DNA from: the human T2T-CHM13v2.0 reference genome, Homo sapiens
DNA length: 64,000 bases
Assembly: GCF_009914755.1 (NCBI RefSeq)
Contig: NC_060937.1
Reading direction: 5' to 3' (one strand)
Shown here: piece by piece, positions 28,173 to 40,849 of the stretch
Layout of the letters: each line of letters begins with the position of its first letter
How positions within the stretch are numbered: the first letter of the stretch is position 1
Notes under the pieces: generated by a model
Databases searched by the model: none
Told to the model about the DNA's origin: nothing
Seen by the model: only the letters and a program-made list of their open reading frames with translations
Program-made: the position numbers and the translations under genes

Positions 28173-31169
28173 GAAAAAGAATTCTAGGCTTTGGGTTATA
28201 GCCCCTTGCTATTTTAGGAACACAAATGGCCATTTATACATATGTATTATTTTCCTTGTTGCCTAAAAACTGTGTCCAAAGGCTAGAAAGCGCTGGGACA
28301 TTAACTTTAGTGAGTAAATATCTGCTTCTTGTTGGCGAAGGACCTTGGGGCTTTAGTGGCAGGTAGTATGTAAATGTGAAATTGGTCTGGAATGAAAAGA
28401 GCTTAGAGCTCTCTCAAAGAGCAAAGCTATTAACCTGAGGGTTCTCATCGAATTCTAGCTCGGGCAGGCTTGCCATGCAGATTTAAACCAGTGCCTTCTC
28501 TTCTGAAAGCAGCATGACTCAGGTGAGCAGATTGCATGTCGTGTTCCGGTGCTGCACTGCTAGTTGACATTTACTGTGCTCCGACATGACTAAGGCAGAA
28601 GTAATGCATTCATCAACATGCTGTATAGAACAGAGGTTCACATTCTACCCATGGGGCTACTGGTGCTTGTGAACTTGAGCTCTAGAGACAAGTAAACCGA
28701 TGCCTAAAGCCCACAGGCAATCTCTCTGTGGGAGTAAGGGATTCTGGTTCTCTGGTTTTAGATCGACTCCATTGCTCTTCTGTCCTTAGTAGTGTATAAG
28801 GCGAATCAAAGGCATAGAAAATGAGTTGGATTTAATAACAAGCATATCAGATAGTGTTAGGAAATTAAATAGCTGGCTAATAGTTAAACATTTATAAGCA
28901 CACTCTATTTTTTCTGCATTTAAAAAAAGAGATACTGATCAATGAATGCAAAAAGAGACACTGATAAAAGATGTAGTAGGAACCAGAATACAGAAAGAAT
29001 GAGTGCTCACGTAGATTGATTGAGAACCAGGAAAACCTAACATATATTTCAAAAAAAGAAAAAGTTGGAATTATTCGGCCAGGGCATGAATTATAATATA
29101 AGAAAAAGCTATTGAATTGGATCAACTTGTTTTTATGATCTTAAGTTGTATCAGAAGGGTACAGTAATCTCTTGATCAAAAGTGGTTATTTAAAGATTGA
29201 GTGACTAGTCCTGAGATATAAAAAATGAGAATAAACTTGAATGATTTCAGAACGTCTTCCAGAAAGTTTAGAAATATAGGGAAAAAGAGAGGTGGCATCA
29301 TAAACTTAAAATTAGATACAATCAGTCTAAAATGGCAGTAAAGCATGTTCAGACATACAGAATACATTCCCAAAATTTGGATCCTAGATGGTCTGAAAGG
29401 CAGCGGAATCCCAGGGGTGAGCCCAGAGTCTTCTGTTTTTCAGCAGCTCTAGACCTTTTGAATAGTTTCCAGGGTAACAACTAACAGCTCCCTCATCACG
29501 TTCAACTTGGTGGAAACATTACTAATGTCAATGATAGGACACTTTCTTGTCTACATAATAGCAAATTCATTGATTTGGTTTTAAACTACTGCTCAGCGGG
29601 GCACAGTTGTCTATTTTTGAGTGAACAGCTTTAATAAAACTTTTTATTAGGTTTTCAAATATGCAGAAATGTATTGCCTAAACAAACATTTTGGGGGAGA
29701 CAATTACTTAATTATAATGACAGTTAAGTCACACTGGAAAAAATTACCAACATTTTTCTGCCAGTAATTCGAAACACACATTTGGAATTTTATGGTATAT
29801 TTAATGAAAATAAAATTTATATAATAATACCAAGAATATCCCTGTAAGTGATGAAAAGCAGAAGAATATTGCTCTCATTTTCTAAGCCAAAAGGCTTAGA
29901 GTTCTACAATATAAGAAAATGTTACTTTGCACCAGCTTTTAAAACAATATAATTATTTATTATGGATCTAAACTAATACAATTTCTCTTCCAAAAATATT
30001 TCAAAGTATTTCCCCTTTGGAGAAGGTATACTTTAAACTATTTTTAAAAGCTAGGAAATGCAAACATATATATATATGTATATACAGGGTGGAGTTTGTG
30101 CATTTCATGAAGGAATTCAGAGTAAGAATATAAAATAAAAGAGTGTAATGCAAGATATGGCAACAGATTTCTTAATTTTGAAACAGGTCAATCAGCTCTA
30201 CTATATTCTGTTTCTACAATCGATAGCTCTCATTCCTGCTCCTCATCCTGCAAATGTATCTCTCATGCCAAGCAAGAGCCAGTGGGAGAACATAGATCAC
30301 ATAGCTGGTCGGTGATGCCCCATCAGCCCTAATGGAGAATCCAGTCAATATTCATGCACCATGTAACAGCTGATCAGCCACAACATTAACCCAACCATAA
30401 AACATAACATTTAAAAGCCAGATAAAAATATTTTCCCCATTTTATTTTTTACTGTACTACAAATATTGTCAGGAAAACAATCCATTAACTCACTGCTCTT
30501 CTAAAAGGATCGACTTAGTAGCCCATAACATTGTCCCAGGTAAATGATGCAGGTTTTGTGTATTGTGTTTGTATATAGCCTGAGGGCCCTCACGGATGAA
30601 AAGGGATCCATTTTTTTCCACTTTTATTTTAAATTCTTTTGTTCATTTTATCAACAGTCAAAGGTTTGGAATGTAAAATTAATGAGCAGGTCTGTAATCT
30701 TTCAGTGAAATCTTAAAGGTCCACTTTTCCACAATCACAAAGAGATGGAAAGGAGGCCAGGCTACATTTTTCTTCCTGAAGCATGGTTGATGATTTAAAC
30801 TCACTAAGAAATAAATTTTTTTTTCTTAAGGAACAAATAAGAGCCTTGTGCTCACTCTTGCTTCACATTTGAATATGACTCTCATACTGTTGTTCTAAAT
30901 GAAATTTGTCATGCATCCTTAAACAGATGGATTTTGAGTTTCTGTTGTGGAAATGTATTCATCCAGTGTTAGTATGAGCTAGGCTGGTATTTAGAAGGAG
31001 CCAAAGGTTTTGACTCTTGGGAGACATAAGACATAGCTTGCCCTAGCTCCCCAGCTCAGGGAAAGAGGAAGAACAACCTTTAACCCACAGAACTGTGCAT
31101 AGCCCCCACTAGAAACCTCGGGCTCCTCTTCTGTCCTCAAGTCCATGCATTCATTAAAAACTCACTTGC

Positions 31170-31480
31170 AGCCGGGCGCGGTGACTCACACCTGTAATCC
31201 CAGCACTTTGGGAGGCCAAGGCGGGTGGATCGCAAGGTCAGGAGTTCAAGACCAGCCTGACCAACATGGTGAAACCCCGTCTCTACTAAAAATACAAAAA
31301 TTAGCAGTGCATGATGTCATGCACCTATAATCCCAGCTACTCAGGAAGCCGAGGCAGGGGAATCACTTGAACCCAGAGGCGAAGTTTGCAGTGAGCTGAG
31401 ATCACGCCACTGTACTCCAGCCTTGGTGAAAGAGCGAGACTCCATCTCAAAAAATGAACAAACAAACAAAAAAACAAAAA
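31170..31480 (+). mobile_element. Full-length AluS (Sg-like)
   Basis: Complete dimer; TSD aaaa(a/c)ctcacttgc at 31156-31169 and 31481-31494. Confidence 0.95.
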
Positions 31481-32973
31481 AAAACCTCACTTGCCTTTGA
31501 CTGCAGTCCATACCCACCTTGTGTCTCACATAGGGAAGGCCTAGAGATCCCTGATAGAGCAACTTAGGGTCACGTGTCTAAACTTGGACGTGGTGATATA
31601 AAAGTGGAGTCTTAGTCCACATTAAAAATGAGGAAGCTACGGCAGAGAAAGTTCAGTGACTGGCTGCAAGTGACAACATGCATTACTTAGAGTTCAGCAT
31701 AAACCTTGCCATCCCTCAGTGCCTATTTCTGATGTTTCCCAAAGAAGCAGATGAAAATGATATTTTTAAAAACCCAACAAATTATGTTTCTCTGGGTGAA
31801 ATAGCTTTTAGTATACTTCATTTTTTTTGCTACGTTCTTTAACAAAAAAGCAATAAAAAAAAACCCTTCATAACAACAACAATAAAAAAAAACACATAAA
31901 AAAAGGAAACCAGAGCCAAAAGCATGCATCAAAATATGCAGCTATTAAATATTACCATTTTAATTTGGGAAAAAATAATGAGGGTTTTGCAATAGTTTCA
32001 ATGCCTTAACTTCGAGATCAGATAAGAAATAGCAAAGAAGAAAGAAAGTGAATTGAGATGGTAATTTCCCGGTCAGTGACCTACATATGCCAGGACTGAG
32101 CACTCTAAAAGTGCAAAGAAAACCAGTGCCACTCATTGGAGAAAAATGCACATAGATTTTAAAATGTTGGTAATCATTCGTCACACATTTATTAAAGTAA
32201 TTAACATTGAGGAAAGTAGTATAGTCCATGTTGTAATTTTTTTTTATTTCTTGACCTTACACTTTCTTCTCGAGAGTGGTAAGTTTTATTTTGACCTTTT
32301 ACTGTATTATTCTTAAAATTAGCTCATCAGCCTTCTATTAAATAATTCTTTTATTAAGAGAGGGTATAATTATTAATGCAAATTGTGAGCTTGAAAGTTG
32401 AGATATGTGCAGCCTTTTTCAAGAGTTTATCCTTTGAAATGTTCAAAATAACATATTGACAGAGGTGTGTGCTTTAAAGAGACTTTAACAAAACATCTGT
32501 CATAGGATTGTTGCTATAGAAACTGGTTTATTAAACATTAAAGTTAATAAATTCAAAAACCACTTAGGCTGGCATGAAAGAAAGAAGTTTATAAATGTAA
32601 TTGAGGTACAATAGGAAAATAGCAATCTCACAGCAGAGGGATCTCCTTCATGTCGCCTTCTGAGATCTGAAAGATCAGCGGAAAAATGTCATGGTTGATA
32701 TTTGGGGTATGGGAAAGACATAGAGAAAGTGAGTTGTTAGACACCTGGGATATTTTCAAACACTTGTGTAGGTATTTATTTTTCTCAAACCTTTTAAAGG
32801 TTGCTATTTCCAAACTAGGTCAAATCAGGGTCTCATTATAACTTTTGTGGGAACTAAGTACTTTTGTTTTCATTGGGCTCTGGCATCATATTGATATCAA
32901 CATTGAACATTTTTAAAGGTTAAATATTTTATTTTTTCTGTTTCAGACAAAAATTTAATAGATTTTTATTGTA

Positions 32974-33013
32974 TGTATTAGAGTTCTCTAGAGTGACAGA
33001 ACGAATATGGTAG

Positions 33014-33084
<71 letters not shown>

Positions 33085-33476
33085 GGAGTTTATTAAGTAT
33101 TTAAGTATGAACTCACACGATCCCAAGGTCCCACAATAGGCCATCTGCAAGTTGAGGAGAAAGGAGAGCCAGTCCAAGTCCCAAAGATGATGAACTTGGA
33201 GTCCGATGTTTGAGGGCAGGAAGCCTTCAGCATGAGAGAGATGTAGGCTGGGAGGCTAGGCCAGTCTAGGCTTTTCACGTTGTTCTGCCTGCTTAATATC
33301 CTGGCCATGCTGACAGCTGATTAGATGGTGCCCAGCCAGATTAAGGGTGGGTCTGCCTTTCTGAGTCCACTGACTCAATGTCAATCTCCTTTGGCTACAC
33401 CCTCACAGACACAGTCAGGATCAATACTTTGCATCCTTCAATCCAATCAAGTTGACACTCAGTATTAACTATCACA
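32974..33476 (-). mobile_element. MLT2A (HERV-L) solo LTR, MLT2A1-like
   Basis: tgtattagagttctctagag...ggagtccgatgtttgagggcaggaagc...catccttcaatccaatcaagttgacactcagtattaactatcaca. Confidence 0.93.
33014..33084. repeat. (TA)n microsatellite, about 35 units, inside the MLT2A LTR
   Basis: Near-pure TA run with two G interruptions. Confidence 0.95.
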
Positions 33477-34346
33477 TGGTTTCTGAAAATTTAATTTTAT
33501 TTTGATTTGAGAATAAAAAAGCTTTCTCTTTGACCCTGAAAGTTTTTCTTTTTCTTTTTGTTAAAATATATTAAAATATTTATATGGATTTCTAAAATAT
33601 TGTGAGCCCCAGGAACTGTGGTTAATGTGCCCGATGGGTAAGTTGTCCTCTTCTTTTCTCACAAGAGTATGCTTTAGTTAGCAATTTCATCCATGGCTTC
33701 AATACCACCTATATGCAGACAATTCACAAATGTCTGTACACAGGTCAGGCTTCCCTTGTGGGATTTTGATCTGCCTTTCCAAAAGTTCAATACCTTCTGA
33801 ACATCTTTTAAATGTCTCAGTGGTCTATCAAACTCTACATACATAAAAACTGAAAGCATGCCTGACCCAACAGCAAATATTCTTCCTAGAATACTTACCT
33901 CAGTTCATCAACCATAATCCTTCCAATTTGCCAAAACAGAAACAATTGCAATAACCCTAAATTATCTCTGATGCTGAAAGCAGGATACATTTGTATTCTT
34001 ATGTATGTTTATAGGCATCCATGTTCTCCAAATTGTCTAAATTGAATACTATTAGATAACAACAAAAATAGTTTATTAAAACCAATATATCTGAGAAAGT
34101 AAAAATAAAAATATTAGTCAATTTCTAGGAAAATTATTAAGAAATATCGAACTCTTGTCTTCTGCTAATACATTAATATAAGAGTAAATGTTGAAAAACC
34201 CATATTGGTCACCCCTTATTCCAATATAATTCTGGTTTCAATTAAAATGAAGAAATGATCTATCTTTTAATATGATGTAATATCTATGTGAAAGTAAAGA
34301 AAAAAACTATGATATTTCCCTTATTTTGTAGTTTTTAAAATGTCAC

Positions 34347-34603
34347 TGTTATTGAGTTAATTGTGTCACTCTAAGATTCATATATTGATTTCCTAGCCCC
34401 AAAGGCAATTGGAGATAGGGCCTTTAAGGCGATAATTAAGGCTAAATGAAGTCATAAGAGAGGGACTCTAATCTGATAGGACTGGTGTCCTTTTAAGAGG
34501 AAAGGAGACCAGAGATCTTGGAAGGTCCATTCTGGGACACGGTGAGAAAGTGGCCCTCTACAAGCCCAGAAGTGCCCTAATGAGAAACCAACCCTGACGG
34601 CAA
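34347..34603 (+). mobile_element. MLT1A/B-like LTR, 3'-truncated
   Basis: ggagatagggcctttaagg...aatctgataggactggtgtccttttaagag...accaaccctgacggcaac, then an abrupt break. Confidence 0.8.
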
Positions 34604-34610
34604 CAGAGAT

Positions 34611-34845
34611 CATCAGGCACATTAACCACAGTTCCTGGGGCTCACAATATTTTAGAAATCCATATAAATATTTTAATATATTTTAACAAAAAGAGAAAAA
34701 CTTTCGGGGTCAAAGAGAAAGCTTTTTTATTCCCAAATCAGAATAAAATAAAATTTTCAGGGACCATGTGATAGTTAATACTGAGTATCAACTTGATTGG
34801 ATTGAAGGATGCAAAGTATTAATCCTGGGTGTGTCTGTGAGGGTG
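34611..34845 (-). repeat. Inverted duplicate of 33398-33636
   Basis: Reverse complement of 33398-33636 with about 11 substitutions and one short indel by hand alignment; spans the MLT2A LTR end and its flank. Confidence 0.97.
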
Positions 34846-34849
34846 GTAG

Positions 34850-34935
34850 ATATTATCATTACCCCAATTTTACAGATGAGAAAACTGAAGTATGCAAAAG
34901 TTACTAACTTGCATGAAATTGTCAGGGTACTAAAA
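34850..34935 (-). mobile_element. MIR fragment
   Basis: attatcattaccccaattttacagatgagaaaactgaag core. Confidence 0.75.
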
Positions 34936-37125
34936 ATTAGAAGAACTAACTTCAGAGACTCTCAAGAAACTCAATGTTGGCAGGTTCCTTCCAGTACTTC
35001 TGAACAGTGCTCTCATTTTCCTCCCGGAAAATAGGCTCCTGGAGATGTGGAAAGACAGTCCCAGAGCCACTCATTTGCAAGCAGGCCTGAGTTCTGGACA
35101 CCATGGGCTCTTCAAACTTCCTTCTAAATTCATCTCTGCACCCTCTGAGGAGGAAGATGAGTTCCAATCACGCGGAAAGAGGAATGGTAAGTTGTTTTGG
35201 TGAGCTTGGTAAACCCCCTGCTCTTAGGCTGAAGAGATGGTGCTGTATGCCTGGCATAGTCATCAGTTTCTCCTCACACTGTGGTTGGGATCCTGTCTCT
35301 ATGGCTTTATGGATGTCCTCTCTGTTCTTTGTGTCTACACAAGAGCTACCCAAGTCTTCTTACATCAAATCCTGGTAAGATCAAATACAAAACTCGTGAA
35401 AAATGAATACTGCCACTGAAAAGCATGCACACACCTAAGATTACTTATTATAGAACACTGTGCACTCCTCAGTATCAGATTTCTTTATGTTCGGGAAGTC
35501 TGGTAAGATTGTTCACTAAAATCTCATTACTGTTCAGTGATTTTTGATAAAAAGAGCATCTCCTCTGAGTGTCAAAACAAAACAGCATCTTCCATATGTG
35601 TCAAAATAAAAGAAATCGGAGGGGTAGGGGGGAGCGATAAATTCATATTATCACAGGGGATATTTTCAAACATAAACTCATTCATTAAATAATCATTGCA
35701 AATCACTGAAGCTATGATAACAGGCCTCAGTTTCCATAACAATATTTTTATTCATGGCTCTGAAGTTCTCCTGCACATTTTAATGAAGTATATGAAAGAA
35801 TTGCGGGCATCTAAGCAGAAATCCCACATTCTGCTACCCGCCACGCACTGTTTATTTTTTAATAAAACTCTCCGTATGACAACAGGCAAGGTTAACTGGG
35901 TAGTTTCCTATTTATAGGGCAATCAACACCACGGCGAATATGAAGACTGTTTCCTTTCATCTTTAGCACTGATGCAACAAGTCAGCAAAAAGCTTCTGCC
36001 CCAGTCCTGTTAGGTGTTCTGAGATCAAAAGCACTGAGAAAACAAATATCAGACATTCACATAAAGCATGCTATTCTCCACTTCACTGGGACTTGCCATC
36101 ACTCGCATTTCACGTTTCTGCCTTAAAATTCTGTTGCTCATTTTTCCAAAAAAAAAAAAAATTACGAAATTCTATAGTTCCTTTTCCTACATGTGGCTGA
36201 CATGTCTAATAGCTATGTGAAGAAATGTTCAAAGCCCTCAACATAATGAAGAACATGTGGCTAATTATCATTACTTTTAATTTATGGCTAAGGCTCTCTG
36301 TCTACAAAACAACCAAAAACTAATTTGAAAATGAAAAAGGTGAATTATCGATGTGGTTGTTATAAAAGATGACTAACCACTAGCATGTCTTGATTAAATG
36401 AACTGGTTCTTTTTTCTTTTCATTTTTTAATTTGGCTTACTCTGTATACAAATAGAAGAATCAAACCCATATTAAGGTGGTAAAACTGCTCAGACAAATG
36501 TTTCCTTATCCAAATCCCAAGAAGTGCCCACTCCACTCTTGGCTGGAGCAGACTGACAGCTCTGCCTGACATGCAGCCTGCTCAGCCCAACTGTGGTCAC
36601 CACAAAGTTGAACCCTGCTGAACTAATCTGAAGGGTGTTGCTTTCTGAAGAACCATCATTAGCCAAATATGAGATTGCCCTCAGCATTCAACAGCCTGTT
36701 GACATCACAGCACACATGGGCAACGAACCACTGAATCAACCATTCTGAGGGTATGGCTGAGATAATGTCCCAAACTAAGCATTTAACCACTAGAGGAGGG
36801 TCAGTGATGGCTAATAAGATGAGAAATCTAAATGAGAAAGGGAGGGAACATCTTGATTGCAATCTGCAGTTCAGTTATATTCATTAAAAAAACCTATGTT
36901 TATGTTTGAAATATGTCCCATTCAATGAAATTGAATTTTACAAGCAGTCATGGGTTACCAATTGGCCTAAATAGAATAATCGTTTAGCAGTTAAATTAGC
37001 TCTTTTTGTTTGACCTTGTCCCTTAACTCTTTTTCAGTCATTTATTTGATTGGCTTATGGAACCCCTACTCTGTTCCAGGCTCTCCCCTATACACTAGGG
37101 ATTCAGAGGTGAAGGAAAACATTCT

Positions 37126-37369
37126 TTTCTTTTTTTTTTTCTTGAGTGATCTCGGCTCACTGCAACCTCCACCTCTAGGGTTCAAGCAATTCTCCTGCCT
37201 CAGCCTCCGAGTAGCTGGGATTACAGAAGCCAGGCTAATTTTTGTATTTTTAGTAGAGACGGGGTTTCACTACATTGGTCAGGCTGGTCTTGAGCTCCTG
37301 ACCTTGTGATCCGCCCGCCTCGGCCTCCCAATGTGCTGGGATTCCAGACGTGAGCCGCGGCGCCCAGCC
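37126..37369 (-). mobile_element. AluS with internal deletions, inserted into an L2
   Basis: Reverse Alu lacking ~40 bp next to the tail and ~15 bp mid-arm; TSD ggaa(a/c)acattctt on both sides. Confidence 0.9.
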
Positions 37370-38129
37370 CTGGAACACATTCTTGTCATGAAGTTTCCAT
37401 TCACGTGGAGAAGACATGCAATGAACAAACACATTCACATTACGCCTGGTGATGGTAAGTGTCTGAAGAAAAGCCTACAGCAGGATTCAAGGAAAAATAG
37501 TAGCTCAGCCCAGCATAGTACCAATGTTATTTAGCACAGGGTGATGAATAAAAATCTTCCTGGTAAGATGATTGTCTAGCAGAGTTCTGAATGAAAGAGA
37601 GAGAGGAAAATTCTGATATCTGAAAGAAGAGAGTTTCATATAGGAAAAATAGGAAGTCCAAAGGCCTTCACCTACTCCCTGTGTAACAGAAAGGACATGT
37701 TTCTCACAGGGGCTGGAGAGAGAAGTCAAATTTGTGTATAAAAGTAATTAGAATGATGGGAAACTTCCACCCAGGGGACAGTATAGACAGTGCTAGGGTG
37801 AAGACAAGATTAAAAGGATTTTATTAAATTTGAGGTATAATACAAGAATTCATAAAAAGTCAAGCATTGAAAACTTGAGGATGGGATCCAAATTCAGAAA
37901 GATAAATAATTTAAAATGAGACCAGACATAACATTAATTTCAATGGGAACAAATTAATAAGAAATGAAAATAACAATTAAGTAATTTGATTAAGTTTCTG
38001 CATTCCTCATAACAATTCTGTGAGATTGGTATTTACTATTATATTCTCAGTTAAGAAATCACGAAAATGAGATTATGGAAAAAGATCATACCAGTCCAAA
38101 CCTTACCCACGTGTGTGCGATGAGAGATG

Positions 38130-38790
38130 GTGCAGATTTTTTTGCTAGTCCTGCCATGGATAAATGACTGTCCAGCCTTGGTGACTCCCTTCTCCACTGG
38201 AATCTACTTGAAGCAGCTTTCTGGGACTTCAGGATACACATGGGACTTCAGGATACACATAAGCAGTGCTACGTCTGCTGTCTTGCAACACCTGCACTGG
38301 AGTCCTCAGCTGAGACCTAAGAAGTACCAGTAACCTGAGACTGCCATGCTGGTGAGGTCATGTGTAGCTGTTGCCATATCCACTCTGAGACTGCCATGCC
38401 GGAGAGGTCATGTGCAGCTGTTGCCATATCCACTCTGAGACTGCCATGCCGGAGAGGTCGTGTGTAGGTGTTGCCATATCCACTCTGAGACTGCCATGCT
38501 GGAGAGGTCACATGTAGGTGTTGCCATCTCCATTCCCAGGTGAGCCCAGACCTCCAGCATCCCTGTCAAGGGCCAGACACACGAGTGATGCCATCCTTGG
38601 TCCCTGACACCGGCCTGCCCACCAGCTATCTGTCTCTGAGTGAACGCTGTGAATCCCCGTAAAACAGAAGAGTCTCTCAGCTGAGTGCTGCCAGTTTCTG
38701 ATCCACAAAATTGAGAAATGTGCAAATAATTGTTCTTTAAGTCTACCATGTGCTGTGGTCATTTGTAAGATAGCAGTAAATGACTGGTTT
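38130..38790 (+). mobile_element. Old MLT1 LTR containing an internal tandem array
   Basis: ctgagactgccatgctggagagg, cagacacacgagtgatgccatc, cagctgagtgctgccag and tgttctttaag...tggtcatttgtaagatagcagtaaatgactgg MLT1 motifs. Confidence 0.7.
38335..38534. repeat. Minisatellite, 50-bp unit x4
   Basis: ctgagactgccatgc(t/c)ggagaggtcatgtgtag(c/g)tgttgccatatccact starting at 38335, 38385, 38435 and 38485. Confidence 0.97.
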
Positions 38791-40849
38791 ACCAGGTAAC
38801 AAGTGCATTCAAACACTGCTTTTCAAATTCTAAACGTTGGCCCTTTTTTCCTGCTTCTAATACAGAAACAACAAATTTAAGGAAAAGGGAAATCATGTAA
38901 GAATGGTTAAAAAGTTACTATTGTCTGTGATCAGGCAAGCTAATCACAAGTCAAGCAAATAATCCCAGAAGAAAGAAATCATGAAATTGTACGTCTAAAT
39001 AACCTTACACTGTAGCATAGTCATGTAGACTTGGAAACTGAAGCACTAGACCAAGAATGAAGAACTGAAGAGAAAGAAAATTGTCAGTGTTTACAGGGCA
39101 CTAACCAACAGAGAGAGAGAGAGCGATTCCAACCTTAGGGAATGACCCTAAGAAACAGTTTCTCAAAACCAGGGTGAGTCAGAAACTGAACTTTCTGTAA
39201 CCCTCTGTAATATCTGTAAGAAAGATTCATTTCACTAGCAGCTCTGAAATACTTAGGTTGGTTCTCAAAGCCAACTGATGCCAGGAAGCTAGTGGAGGGC
39301 TTAAAATCCTCCTCAACAGCTCATTGGAATTCTTTGAATATGATTCTGTGGATCAGCCTACTTGGACTCAAGTAAACTGGAAGATATTTTAAAAAATTAA
39401 ATTAAATCAGCATCTTAGAATTCATAAAATCAGAGGACAGAATTCCAGAGCAACACAGGGTTAGCCACACAGAATTATAACTACACTGGGATTATACAGT
39501 CAAATTATTTGGCAAATAATGTATTTAACAGCAAATCAATTACTCTTTAATTTAAGTAACTCACTTTCATGATAGGGTCAAAGAGGAGATTCGATGTTTT
39601 AGAGTTTGGAAAGTCTAGCGTAGCTGTTTGTTTTTGCTTGTGTTTTGTAATTGGGTTGGCATCATAGACATAGCATCTCTAGAGGACCAGCTCCACAACT
39701 TCCCAGGCGTGGAGAGAACTTGGGAAGAATTCAAAGGAGAACCACAAATAGGTTTAACACATTTTAAGAACTGCGAAGTAAGACCTAGCCTAGTAGGAAA
39801 TGTAGTTCTCACTCTTAATAAACAAGAAAATCAGAAATATGGCTAGGCATCAAAAAGAAGTTATCTGTGATACTAGATGCTATCTTTGCACTCAGGCCAG
39901 GACCCATGATGAAGCCCCCTGAGGCCCCAGAAGAGGCTCAGCCCCTACCTCCAGCTCCAATTTACCTGGATGAATGGCTCCTTTGCATTACCGTGGCCCA
40001 AATACCAAAGGAGGTTTTCAGGAGGCAAACTGTAGGGAATCGAAAGCACCACCCAATTCATATCAGCCCACTCAGTTTTGGATCACACCCTTGGCAAGGC
40101 AAGACAAGGCAAGGCGGACTTACAAGGCAATGGGAATGCACTGATGCAGTATCTTGCTGTAGGATAATTAGGTGGAGTATATTTTACAGGAAGACACCAG
40201 CTCCCACGTAGCAGCAGGGTTGTTTTTATGATAGCAGCTATTGAGTTGCAGTAACTCCTTCCTGACTTTCCTCATGGGCTTCCGTGATCTCCCTTTGGAC
40301 TGTGTTTGTGGCCCAGTTCTCTTGCCAGCATTTCTCTCCTGCTACTCAAGTGACCTCCTTCTCAACTGTGGCTTTGAGAGACTCACCCTCTTGGCTCTGT
40401 ACATCTAGGACAGCGTGGAAACAACCTTAACTGCACTTCCATCATTGTGCCCCCCTGATCTCGGACAGTGCTTCTGCCCACTCAGCGGTTTCTGTGTCTG
40501 GACTTTCCTTTTCCCTGATTTTTATCTCTGTCCAACCCTTTACTGTATGGTCCAAAAATAAATAAACAACTGAAAATTTATGGACCACAAAAGGAATATC
40601 TGCTGGAGAGATCATTTAAATTAAGCCAAATACCCTGTTAACTAGTTTCAAAAATATACTGTTTTTTTTTCTTGCTTAAGTCACTTTTAGGGAAGACTAA
40701 AGTTATAATGACTTTCAGCTTTTATCTTTGGCATTTAAAAATCTTAGTTTCCTTTAAAGCAAAATTATTTAATTGAATTCTCATAATTGAGAATTTTACT
40801 TTATTTGGATTCCACTTGATCCATTCTATCAAAACGATCTGCCCAAATT

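Larger units (their letters stand above)
32826..33649. mobile_element. Old hAT-type MITE remnant (MER96-like) split by the MLT2A LTR
   Basis: Ends cagggtctc...tgtgggaactaagtac and tgtgagccccaggaactgtggttaatgtgcccgatgggtaagttgtcct resemble degenerate hAT-Tip100 termini. Confidence 0.4.
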
